A stretch of DNA of 64,000 nt from Bacillota bacterium. GTDB taxonomy: Bacteria > Bacillota > TC1. Shown piece after piece: positions 40,369-48,894 of this stretch. Position 1 is the first letter of the stretch, and every line of letters begins with the position of its first letter. The notes under the pieces were generated by a model. It saw only the letters and a list, made by a program, of their open reading frames with translations, had not been told where the DNA came from and ran no database searches. Location of the stretch: assembly GCA_028683955.1 (NCBI GenBank), contig JAQUGR010000008.1, positions 5,371-69,370 on the forward strand, given 5' to 3'. The translations under genes were made by a program, and so were the position numbers.

Positions 40369-40581
40369 ATGTATTCAAATAAATCTAGATTGATTGCCTT
40401 CTTATTATGTCTGTTTCTTGGTGAATTTGGTATCCATAGATTTTATGTAGGTAAAATTGGAACTGGAATGATATGGCTGATTAGTGGTGGTCTTTTAGAA
40501 ATTGGCTGGATTATAGATTTAGTTATGATAATTGCTGGGAGTTTTGAAGATAAAAACGGTAATAAATTAATAGAGTGGTAA
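40369..40581 (+). CDS. TM2 domain-containing small membrane protein
   Basis: The 70-aa product has LLCLFLGEFGIHRFYVGKIGTGMIWLI, typical of TM2 domains. The SD AGGAG lies upstream. Confidence 0.75.
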   Translation: MYSNKSRLIAFLLCLFLGEFGIHRFYVGKIGTGMIWLISGGLLEIGWIIDLVMIIAGSFEDKNGNKLIEW

Positions 40582-40590
40582 TATACTAAA

Positions 40591-40612
40591 GGAGGAAGCT
40601 TAGCTTCCTCCT
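40591..40612. terminator. Bidirectional intrinsic terminator
   Basis: GGAGGAAGC-TTA-GCTTCCTCC followed by TTTTT. It serves the TM2 gene on the plus strand and the yicC...metK-orf247 operon on the minus strand. Confidence 0.8.
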
Positions 40613-40617
40613 TTTTA

Positions 40618-41361
40618 TTAATCATACTTTAAATTTTTTGAAAACAAACTTCCCAATTCTATTATTTCAACAGAATCATCATCGCTTTTACTTAATTTAT
40701 AAGGAGTGAAAATCAATAAACCTGATCCACTTCTATATTTTTTCAAAACATCAAGGTTATGATTTCTTTCTACATGAAAAGAATCTGTACCTTCTAGCAT
40801 CAAGTCTATGCCTTCATTTATACTCTCATCTTTAAGCAAATAGCTTTCTGCAATACCTAATGATTCTCCTATATCTAATAAAAACTCATGACTAAAGAAG
40901 TTTTCATTAATAATACTAAAATTATCCTTTTTTAATTTAATAAAGTAAATCCAAAGTCCTTCTCTTCCTTTTTGAACCTTCAATTTTTCTTTACTTGCGA
41001 TACTAAACAAATTAATTAAAAATGTAGTTGATGTATTGGGTACTAATGTTTGTTGAAAATCAAAATCAATTTTGAATTCTTCGCTAATAGTTTTAATACA
41101 TCTAATAATCTCTTCAGCAGAATTACTATCTTCAGTAAAAATATTAACCAAACCATTAAAAGGTCTATCTCCACCAATTAATATAATCTCTGCTAACAAA
41201 GTATTAATTTTTTCTTTAACAAGATAATATGGTAATATAATTTCTTTGTCATACTTACCAAGACCAGCCCCAATTGAAATTTCTTGTCCAATCAATTGAT
41301 ATTTAGTTGTAGAAAGTGAATTTATAAAAATATTTCTACCTGGGTATCTTATTTGAATCAC
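40618..41361 (-). CDS. Hypothetical protein (247 aa), probably translationally coupled to metK
   Basis: A long ORF with codon usage typical of the window. It has a GTG start 4 nt after the metK stop (TAA-TGAG-GTG). I could not recognise any family motif. Confidence 0.6.
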   Translation of the reverse strand: MIQIRYPGRNIFINSLSTTKYQLIGQEISIGAGLGKYDKEIILPYYLVKEKINTLLAEIILIGGDRPFNGLVNIFTEDSNSAEEIIRCIKTISEEFKIDFDFQQTLVPNTSTTFLINLFSIASKEKLKVQKGREGLWIYFIKLKKDNFSIINENFFSHEFLLDIGESLGIAESYLLKDESINEGIDLMLEGTDSFHVERNHNLDVLKKYRSGSGLLIFTPYKLSKSDDDSVEIIELGSLFSKNLKYD

Positions 41362-41365
41362 CTCA

Positions 41366-42544
41366 TTAATTTAAATAGTTAGCTAATAGTTGGGCCTTAT
41401 CAGTTTTTTCCCATGGTAAATCAAGCTCTGTTCTTCCGAAATGACCATAAGCTGCTATTTGATGATACAATGGCCTTCTTAAATCAAAGTGTCTAATTAT
41501 TGCTGCTGGTTTTAAATCAAAATTCTCATTTACTATATCAACTAATTTGTCATCTGGTAATTTACCAGTTCCATAAGTATCTACAAAAACAGAAATAGGT
41601 TTAGCAATTCCAATGGCATATGAAAGTTGAATTTCACATCTATCCGCCAATCCAGCAGCAACTATATTTTTTGCTACATATCTTGCTGCATATGCTGCTG
41701 ATCTGTCAACTTTTGTTGGATCTTTACCACTAAATGCTCCACCACCATGTGCTGCAGCTCCACCATAGGTATCAACAATTATTTTACGTCCGGTTAAACC
41801 TGTATCTCCTAAAGGTCCTCCAATAACAAATCTACCTGTTGGATTGATATGATATTTAGTATTTTCATCAAGCAATTCACTTGGAACTACTACTTTAATA
41901 ACTTTTTCTAACATATCTTTATAAATAGTTTCTTGTGAAGTTTCAGGGTTATGTTGAGTTGATAGAACAATTGCTTCAATTCTTATTGGTTTATGGTCAT
42001 CATACTCAAAAGTTACTTGTGTTTTACCATCAGGTCTTAAATAATTTATAGACCCATCTTTTCTAACTTCAGCTAGTTTTTTAGCTAATTTATGAGCATA
42101 TATAATTGGAGCTGGCATTAATTCTTCAGTTTCGTTAGTTGCATAACCAAACATCATACCTTGATCTCCTGCACCAATTGCATCTTCAATAGCATATTCC
42201 CCTTTTTTGCCTTCTTCAGAAACATCTACACCAAGAGCAATATCAGCAGACTGTTCATCAAGAGCAACCATAACTCCGCATGTGTCAGCATCAAATCCAT
42301 ACTTGGCACGTGTATACCCAATATTTCTTATAGTATTTCTAACAATTTTTTGTATATCAATATAACACGATGTTGAAATTTCTCCGGCCACTACTACCAA
42401 TCCTGTTGTTACAAATGTTTCACAAGCGACCCTACCATTTGGATCTTCTTTTAGAATAGCATCTAAAACAGCATCTGATATTTGATCACATACCTTATCT
42501 GGATGTCCTTCTGTTACTGATTCTGATGTAAAAAATTTTTTCAT
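41366..42544 (-). CDS. metK: S-adenosylmethionine synthetase
   Basis: [30 protein letters not shown] and [19 protein letters not shown] are present. Confidence 0.98.
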   Translation of the reverse strand: MKKFFTSESVTEGHPDKVCDQISDAVLDAILKEDPNGRVACETFVTTGLVVVAGEISTSCYIDIQKIVRNTIRNIGYTRAKYGFDADTCGVMVALDEQSADIALGVDVSEEGKKGEYAIEDAIGAGDQGMMFGYATNETEELMPAPIIYAHKLAKKLAEVRKDGSINYLRPDGKTQVTFEYDDHKPIRIEAIVLSTQHNPETSQETIYKDMLEKVIKVVVPSELLDENTKYHINPTGRFVIGGPLGDTGLTGRKIIVDTYGGAAAHGGGAFSGKDPTKVDRSAAYAARYVAKNIVAAGLADRCEIQLSYAIGIAKPISVFVDTYGTGKLPDDKLVDIVNENFDLKPAAIIRHFDLRRPLYHQIAAYGHFGRTELDLPWEKTDKAQLLANYLN

Positions 42545-42555
42545 TACGCGTTCTC

Positions 42556-43542
42556 CTACCCTTCTATTTTAGCTTTAAGTTCAGTTAAAAGCTCTTCATA
42601 TAAAATTTTATTATCTTTAAAGGCAATTATATCTATATCGCCTTCTTTATTTATTAATTTAACGAATGGTTTAAACCCATTTGTTGATTTATTAATTTCA
42701 CTTAACATTACAATATTAACGCCTGTATTATCAAATAAATATTTTATAGCATCCTCATTATCTATTATGCCATTTATAACTTCAATAATTAATTGATTAT
42801 TAGAGGATAAATCTTTATCTGCAAAAGGTAAATATTTTTCATCAAATTCTGCAAAATATCTTTTGTATTCAATTTTAAAACGTTCGTCTTTTCTAAGACC
42901 AAACCTAGGTATATTAATAGCATCAATAACAAAGTCATATTTGAAGTACTTTGAATTTAACACTACTTCTAATTCTTCTTTATTTTTAACAAATACTATA
43001 TCTTCATTTTTAATAAATGGAACTTTATCAATGTTAGCTGAAGCAATAACACTTACATTTGCTCCGGCTAATATTAAAGATTTTATTAATCCGTTGATAA
43101 GTTCATCGTTTTTATACGTTCCTATATAATGATTATTAGTTAAGAACTCATTAAAATAACCAAGTGTAAATAAAAAGGAATACTCGGACATTTTGTTTCC
43201 TTTTGTTCCAACTTGGATTTTTTCAATTATTAAATCTAGATTATTAAAATCTTCAAAGAAAATTATTTTGTTTTTATTTAACTCAATTAGATTTAGTAAT
43301 TCTTCATCTAATTTATATTTATTCAAATCTTTTCTGTTGGGTCCTATAACAATTAAATCCCAGTCTAATTCATCCATAGTTGATAATTCATCTAAACATG
43401 CAAGTGGTATATAATCATCACTAGTTGAAGTTTTATAAATATATGAATCATAGCCTATTTTTCTTAATTTATAGGCTAATTCTACCATTAAATAGGCTTC
43501 TTTATCCTCAATTATACCCAAGAGAATCTTCCTGCCTATCAT
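42556..43542 (-). CDS. CoaBC-like protein with degenerate catalytic motifs (probable pseudoenzyme)
   Basis: It sits in the gmk-rpoZ-coaBC syntenic slot. By eye the 328-aa product aligns with CoaBC: [15 protein letters not shown] against GKNILLxVSGGIAAYK, and [46 protein letters not shown] against [33 protein letters not shown]...GA.VTLISG. The key motif residues are replaced. Confidence 0.55.
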   Translation of the reverse strand: MIGRKILLGIIEDKEAYLMVELAYKLRKIGYDSYIYKTSTSDDYIPLACLDELSTMDELDWDLIVIGPNRKDLNKYKLDEELLNLIELNKNKIIFFEDFNNLDLIIEKIQVGTKGNKMSEYSFLFTLGYFNEFLTNNHYIGTYKNDELINGLIKSLILAGANVSVIASANIDKVPFIKNEDIVFVKNKEELEVVLNSKYFKYDFVIDAINIPRFGLRKDERFKIEYKRYFAEFDEKYLPFADKDLSSNNQLIIEVINGIIDNEDAIKYLFDNTGVNIVMLSEINKSTNGFKPFVKLINKEGDIDIIAFKDNKILYEELLTELKAKIEG

Positions 43543-43544
43543 TT

Positions 43545-43832
43545 TTACTCTTCCTCTTTAAAACTGTAAGTAATTTTATCTTCCATTAATTCATCAAGTG
43601 CAACAATTATTGGTTTATGATTTTTTAATGCAATTCTTTCTTCTTCTGTTAATAATCCAATATTATCCAAGTCTGATCTTGATTTTAGTTTATCAGGCTC
43701 TTCTTTAAGGATTTTGTCTTTTTGTTCCAATAATGATAATTGTCTAGATCTCTTAGCCGCAATCATCACCAATAGATACTTACTATTTACTTTTTCGACT
43801 ATTTTACTTATGTTTATAAATTTATCAGTCAT
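43545..43832 (-). CDS. rpoZ: DNA-directed RNA polymerase omega subunit
   Basis: KYLLVMIAAKRSRQL is present. I set the start at the ATG at 43832, preceded by GAAGGAG. The longer track ORF would overlap gmk. Confidence 0.85.
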   Translation of the reverse strand: MTDKFINISKIVEKVNSKYLLVMIAAKRSRQLSLLEQKDKILKEEPDKLKSRSDLDNIGLLTEEERIALKNHKPIIVALDELMEDKITYSFKEEE

Positions 43833-43878
43833 TAAAACACTCCTTCTAATTTCTTTGCTCATTATATCATAATTGGCA

Positions 43879-44493
43879 TTAAATATCTTTAATAAATGTT
43901 TCAATATCTAAAGTTTTTTCATCCATTCTGCATTTCTCGGCTACTATGATCGACTCAATTTTTGATACTGCATCTTCAAGCTTATCATTAACTACTATAT
44001 AATCATAATCTTTTATATATTTTAATTCACTAGCAACTTTATCAAGTCTATTTTGAATATCTTCTTCACAATCTCTTTTCCTTCGTAATAATCTTGCTCT
44101 TAATTCTTTAAAAGAAGGAGGCATAATAAAAATCAATATGGCTTCTTTTGACTTTTCACGTATTTGTAAAGCTCCTTGCATTTCAATTTCTAATATCACA
44201 TCTGCTTTAAGTGAAAACAATCTTTGAACTTCATCTTTCAAGGTTCCATAATAATTACCATAAACTTCTGCATACTCTAAAAATTGATCTTTTTCGATTT
44301 TAGAAAGAAATTTTTCTTTGCCTATATAATAATATGTTTTATCAGGAATTTCTCCTGGTCTAACTTCTCTACTTGTTGCTGACAATGAACATTGCATGCT
44401 TTCAGGATGTTTGTCTACTAAAGCTTTACATATTGTTCCTTTCCCAGCTCCTGAAGGTCCTGAGATAACTAAAAGTAGGTTTCTTTCGAACAT
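43879..44493 (-). CDS. gmk: Guanylate kinase
   Basis: The P-loop ISGPSGAGKGT and YYGT are present. Confidence 0.95.
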   Translation of the reverse strand: MFERNLLLVISGPSGAGKGTICKALVDKHPESMQCSLSATSREVRPGEIPDKTYYYIGKEKFLSKIEKDQFLEYAEVYGNYYGTLKDEVQRLFSLKADVILEIEMQGALQIREKSKEAILIFIMPPSFKELRARLLRRKRDCEEDIQNRLDKVASELKYIKDYDYIVVNDKLEDAVSKIESIIVAEKCRMDEKTLDIETFIKDI

Positions 44494-44508
44494 CTTATTA
44501 TCTCCCTT

Positions 44509-45384
44509 CTATTCAATATTTTGTACTTGTTCTCTTATTTTCTCTAATTCACTTTTTAGAGAAACTATTATAACACCAATATCAGTTGAACTTGACTTTG
44601 AACCTATAGTATTAATTTCTCTATTCATCTCCTGAATGAGGAAGTCCATTTTTCTACCAATAGGTTCTTTAATTTCAAAGTAATCTTTAAAATGTGTCAT
44701 ATGAATTTTAAGTCTTATAATTTCTTCCGTAATGTTACTCTTATCAGCAAATGCAGCTACTTCATATGCTATTCTATCATCATTTACTGGTACTGCATCT
44801 AACAAGGTTTTAATTCTTTCTGTTAATTTTTCTTTATATTCTCCTACAACCAATTCTGCATATTTATCTACTTCAATAATATTTTTGTTAATAACTTCTA
44901 AGCTATCAAGGAAAAACATTTCTAGTTTTTCACCTTCATCTTTTCTCATTTTTTTTACGTTAGTGCAAGCATCCTCTAAAGCAGATTTAATGTCATACCA
45001 AACTTTTTCATCATCAAAATCTTTATCATCAGAAGAGATAACTTCTGGATATCTTATAATGTCTTGTAATGATAAATCATATGCTAGATTAAAATGCTCT
45101 TTAATACTTTTCCCCGCTTTAAAATATGCTTCTGCTAAATTAAAATCTATATTAAAATCTTTATTATATTCCTTGTTGTTTTCTATATTTAAAAATACTG
45201 AAAAAGAACCTCTGTTAAATTTACTTTTCAGAAATTTATCAATTTTTTCTTCAACAAATAACATACCTTTTGGTAGTCTGTATTTAACTTCTAAAAATCT
45301 ATGATTTACTACTCTTAGTTCCAAAGTATAAATTCTTTCTTTAGTTTCTTTTATTCCTTTACCATATCCTGTCATGCTATACAT
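44509..45384 (-). CDS. yicC: YicC family protein
   Basis: N-terminal MYSMTGYGKG and the C-terminal DUF1732-like GRKMDFLIQEMNREINTIGSKS. Confidence 0.9.
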   Translation of the reverse strand: MYSMTGYGKGIKETKERIYTLELRVVNHRFLEVKYRLPKGMLFVEEKIDKFLKSKFNRGSFSVFLNIENNKEYNKDFNIDFNLAEAYFKAGKSIKEHFNLAYDLSLQDIIRYPEVISSDDKDFDDEKVWYDIKSALEDACTNVKKMRKDEGEKLEMFFLDSLEVINKNIIEVDKYAELVVGEYKEKLTERIKTLLDAVPVNDDRIAYEVAAFADKSNITEEIIRLKIHMTHFKDYFEIKEPIGRKMDFLIQEMNREINTIGSKSSSTDIGVIIVSLKSELEKIREQVQNIE

Positions 45385-45463
45385 ATTTTTGTTTTCCCCC
45401 TAAAATATTTTGGTATATTTTAACAATTATATCATAAAATCTTTTAAAAGTACTTTAAATGAG

Positions 45464-45492
45464 AAAAAAGCTTGACTATATTAGTCAAGCTT
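45464..45492 (-). terminator. Intrinsic terminator ending the Tad operon
   Basis: The minus strand reads AAGCTTGACTA-ATA-TAGTCAAGCTT followed by TTTTTCTC. It overlaps the stop codon of the DUF192 gene. Confidence 0.8.
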
Positions 45493-45853
45493 TCTCTTTA
45501 ATTTTAATTTTTTCACCTTTTTTGAGATTTTCAAAACTTCCTGCATTACCCTCAATACAAAAAATGCTATTTTTATGAATTTTAGAAATTCTCCAAGGTA
45601 ACATATTTTTATATATTTCTATAATAGTATTATTCTTATCTATAAATATAACATCTAAATTAATTTTCATAAAAAAAGTATGAATACTATTACAAGGTTT
45701 TATTAATAACCCTTCATCTTTATTTAAATTTTTCTTCCACATTAACCCTTTAAGCCTTTTAAAATAACTATCAGCAATTACCACATTAGCCAATAAATTT
45801 TCATTAACTTCAGTTACTATTTGAATAGTTTTAATTCTTTTCATTTTCAACAT
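45485..45853 (-). CDS. DUF192 domain protein; last gene of the Tad operon
   Basis: RLKGLMWKK......GLLIKPCNSIHTFFMKINLDVIFIDKNNTII fits the DUF192 pattern. The start is uncertain (ATG at 45853 or 45844, or the track start 45892). It overlaps the upstream gene. Confidence 0.7.
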   Translation of the reverse strand: MLKMKRIKTIQIVTEVNENLLANVVIADSYFKRLKGLMWKKNLNKDEGLLIKPCNSIHTFFMKINLDVIFIDKNNTIIEIYKNMLPWRISKIHKNSIFCIEGNAGSFENLKKGEKIKIKEKA

Positions 45854-46931
45854 ATCTAAATAGTATATCTCCTGAATCAAATTTACTTCCATCCACTATA
45901 AAGTGTTTACTATAAACAAATTCACCAAAATTTAAAATTCCAGGTTCTGTTGCAGAAACTCTAAGTTTTATAGGATTACGATCTTTATTAAAAGATCTAT
46001 ACCCTTCCAAAAAGTGTGGTAAATTCATTTCAGAAACTTTTTCAATAATTAATTGAAAAGTATAAGAACTATCACCAATGTAAAAATCAGCCTTCTTATA
46101 ATTCTGATCAAAACTAATCATTAATCTTCTTTTATGTTTTCTTTTTAAATCCAAATAATTTATAAATTTTTCATCTTCTCTACTAGTTGGTTTATAATAA
46201 AGTTTTCCTTTGATAATTAATCTAGATTTAATCCTGAATCCATATAAAATTTGTCCTATTGCAAAAAACATAAATAATAATATTGTAAAACCACCAATAA
46301 TTAATTGTAAAATTGTCAGATTACCAAAAAAACCATTTATAATAGATGTTGATTCAGGTGTTATTGAATTCTGAACCTTGTTATTAATAAAAGTTTTTTC
46401 GACAGGTTCCAAAGTCCACTTTTGGTTTGCTGTTCCTGCATATGGTTCTGCGGTTACTAAGCTTCCAGCATTTAAATCTCCTTCTACCGTAGTTATCGCG
46501 GCATTGGTTAAATAATTAATAAAAACTACTGTTCCATCACTTAAAATTCTAATATCCCATAACTGATTAAACTTACTAGAAAAGTCCCATTGTTGTAAAA
46601 ATGCTCCTGGTTCTTTAGAATCATCCTTAATCTCAATAATTTTAAGATTTTTTTCCATACTTAAAACATATCGTAAAGAAACATCTTTACTTATTTTAAA
46701 TACTTGATTAGAATTATCGGCCCCAAGTGCTTGGACGCATAAAGCCCCATTAGCATTACTACCATCTTGAATATCAAGATATAATCCGCTATATACATTT
46801 CTGATTTTATATAATCCATTATCAATATTATTAAACTCTGCTTTCACATTATTATTTCCTGTAAATATATACATACAGCCTATAAATAATAAAAATATTA
46901 ATAATAGAGATAATTTTGAGAATAATTTCAT
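45831..46931 (-). CDS. Membrane protein: signal/anchor, ricin-type beta-trefoil lectin ectodomain, TM helix, and an uncharacterised 134-aa cytoplasmic domain
   Basis: Q-x-W/F repeats lie at aa 76-78 (QVF), 123-125 (QLW) and 170-172 (QKW). Hydrophobic segments span aa 5-24 and 201-232. The SD AGGAAAGGA lies upstream, and the gene starts 15 nt after the tadC stop. Confidence 0.7.
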   Translation of the reverse strand: MKLFSKLSLLLIFLLFIGCMYIFTGNNNVKAEFNNIDNGLYKIRNVYSGLYLDIQDGSNANGALCVQALGADNSNQVFKISKDVSLRYVLSMEKNLKIIEIKDDSKEPGAFLQQWDFSSKFNQLWDIRILSDGTVVFINYLTNAAITTVEGDLNAGSLVTAEPYAGTANQKWTLEPVEKTFINNKVQNSITPESTSIINGFFGNLTILQLIIGGFTILLFMFFAIGQILYGFRIKSRLIIKGKLYYKPTSREDEKFINYLDLKRKHKRRLMISFDQNYKKADFYIGDSSYTFQLIIEKVSEMNLPHFLEGYRSFNKDRNPIKLRVSATEPGILNFGEFVYSKHFIVDGSKFDSGDILFRYVENEKN

Positions 46932-46946
46932 ATTATAGTCCTTTCC

Positions 46947-47879
46947 TTATAGAATACCTTTTAAACTGTCCATAGCATTTAATGCTGCTGGACCAAGTAT
47001 AACTATAAATATAGCGGGAAACATGAAAAAAAGCAACGGGAATATCATTTTTATTGGTAGTTTCATAGACTTTTCTTCTGCTCTTTGTTTTCTTTTTTGT
47101 CGTAACATATTGGATTGAATCCTTAACATATTAGCTATGTTTGATCCTAGCTGCTCAGCTTGGATTATGGCTGTTATAAAACTATTTAAATCTTCAACAC
47201 CAGTTCTTTTATAAACTGCTCTTAGTGCTTCTTCTCTTTCTTTACCTTTTGAAATATCATCTAAAGCCCATTTTAACTCATTACTTAATTCACCTTTAAT
47301 TTTATCAGTTGCTCTTTTCATTGACATATCAAAGCCAAGACCAGCTTCAACAGAGACATACAATAAATCTAGAATATCAGGTAATTTATTTTGTATTTCT
47401 AATGCTCTATTTTTCGCTTTTGTTCTTAATTGAAAATAAGGTAATAAAAATCCTATAATAGCTATAAGCAACATATATAACGGATTTAGAAAACCAATCA
47501 TTATAAAAACTGCCCCAAAAATGATTAGCATTAAAAAGGAAACAACAAATTGTTGGGCTAAAATATTACTAGTTGTCATCTTCTTATAATTTCCAGACTG
47601 ATAAATAATATTTTCATAATTATCCTTCATTGATTGCGGAGTCATCCTTGCTAGAAAATTAAGAAATTTTTGATAAATTGGTGTCCCAACACGATCCAAG
47701 AATGATTTTCTAAACTCATCATCTTCAGGATTTTCGCTAGCAAGAGGTTGAATTTTATTAAGTCTATCTTCCATTAAATATTTTTTTTGAAATATACTAG
47801 TATATAATAATATAAATAATGAGGCTACTGTCAAACCACCTGCAAATGCAATTAAAACTGCCATGTTATAGTACCTCAC
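46947..47879 (-). CDS. tadC: Tad pilus platform protein TadC (T2SS-F family)
   Basis: The 310-aa product has the T2SSF-type domain LPDILDLLYVSVEAGLGFDMSM flanked by TM helices. Confidence 0.85.
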   Translation of the reverse strand: MRYYNMAVLIAFAGGLTVASLFILLYTSIFQKKYLMEDRLNKIQPLASENPEDDEFRKSFLDRVGTPIYQKFLNFLARMTPQSMKDNYENIIYQSGNYKKMTTSNILAQQFVVSFLMLIIFGAVFIMIGFLNPLYMLLIAIIGFLLPYFQLRTKAKNRALEIQNKLPDILDLLYVSVEAGLGFDMSMKRATDKIKGELSNELKWALDDISKGKEREEALRAVYKRTGVEDLNSFITAIIQAEQLGSNIANMLRIQSNMLRQKRKQRAEEKSMKLPIKMIFPLLFFMFPAIFIVILGPAALNAMDSLKGIL

Positions 47880-47882
47880 TTT

Positions 47883-48875
47883 CTAGACTTTTAAATCTAA
47901 TAGTTTTACCAAAATAAATATTCCTATGGCTTGCATTAATAATGCAATTCCTAAAAGAACATTACCTATTAAAGTTGTAAATAAAGGCATCATGAAATCT
48001 TTATTTAATAAATATAATATTATTACAATGAAAAATGGTATACCACCTACAACTAAGGCTGATAATTTAGCTTGAGCAGTCATAGTTCTTATATCCCCTT
48101 TTAGTTTTACTCTTTCTCTTATTGTATTTGAAATTGTATCTAAGATTTCTGACAAATTACCACCAACTTGTCTCTGAATAAGTACGGCTGTTACCAATAT
48201 TTCCACATCTTCATCATCAGTTCTTTCAGCAAAATCTTTTAAAGCTTCTTCCATATCTTTGCCAAGAACATTATCATGAACAACTTTATTAAAGTCATCA
48301 GATATTGGTGGTTCCATTTCTTTTGCTGCAATTACCATAGATTGATTAAAACTTAATCCTGCTCTTAGTCCATTTGCTAGAACACTCAAGGCAACTGGTA
48401 ATTGATTATTTAGTTTTTTTGCTCTTGATTTTTTAACATTTTTAACATACATAATCGGAATTTGAAAACCAATTAAAAACCCAAATATAAATACTATAAT
48501 CTTTACTAATATAAATCCATCAAATAACAAATATAAAATTATTCCTAGTATTAAGCCAATTATTATACATATACCCAACAATTCTTCCGGCTTAATTAAT
48601 AACCTTGCCCTTGATAAAAGAATTTTCTTTTTTTCAAAATACTTATCTAAAGGAACTATATTACCAATAATTCCAACAAAAGTAACTTTTTCATTTTTCT
48701 TACCAACTTTTGTTACCTCTGTTTCCTTATAATCATTACTGGCATTACCGGTAGTATATCTTTCGAGTCTATTTTTAATTACTATCTTATTTTCATTTAG
48801 TGCTATATAAATTAGTAAAAAGACAGATGTTACTAATAATGTAATAAAAAACATTAATCCTAACAAAAATTCCAC
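47883..48875 (-). CDS. tadB: Tad pilus platform protein TadB (T2SS-F family)
   Basis: The 330-aa product has LPVALSVLANGLRAGLSFNQSM and N- and C-terminal TM helices. Confidence 0.85.
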   Translation of the reverse strand: MEFLLGLMFFITLLVTSVFLLIYIALNENKIVIKNRLERYTTGNASNDYKETEVTKVGKKNEKVTFVGIIGNIVPLDKYFEKKKILLSRARLLIKPEELLGICIIIGLILGIILYLLFDGFILVKIIVFIFGFLIGFQIPIMYVKNVKKSRAKKLNNQLPVALSVLANGLRAGLSFNQSMVIAAKEMEPPISDDFNKVVHDNVLGKDMEEALKDFAERTDDEDVEILVTAVLIQRQVGGNLSEILDTISNTIRERVKLKGDIRTMTAQAKLSALVVGGIPFFIVIILYLLNKDFMMPLFTTLIGNVLLGIALLMQAIGIFILVKLLDLKV

Positions 48876-48894
48876 CTCCTAAATACTTTATTAA

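Noticed and set aside
40443-40625. A 60-aa minus-strand ORF opposite the TM2-domain gene.
   Set aside because: It is antisense to a recognisable TM2 domain ORF. It also spans the terminator hairpin at 40591-40612, so it is unlikely to be a real gene.
44732-45304. A 190-aa plus-strand ORF antisense to yicC.
   Set aside because: It is a Ser/Leu-rich shadow ORF inside a confidently identified YicC gene.
45831-46233. The cytoplasmic tail of the lectin-TM protein called as a bona fide FHA or PilZ domain.
   Set aside because: The FHA hallmark residues (Gly-Arg, Ser-x-x-His, Asn-Gly) are not identifiable by eye. Neither is the PilZ RxxxR...D/NxSxxG motif. I kept only a statement of loose resemblance in the finding.
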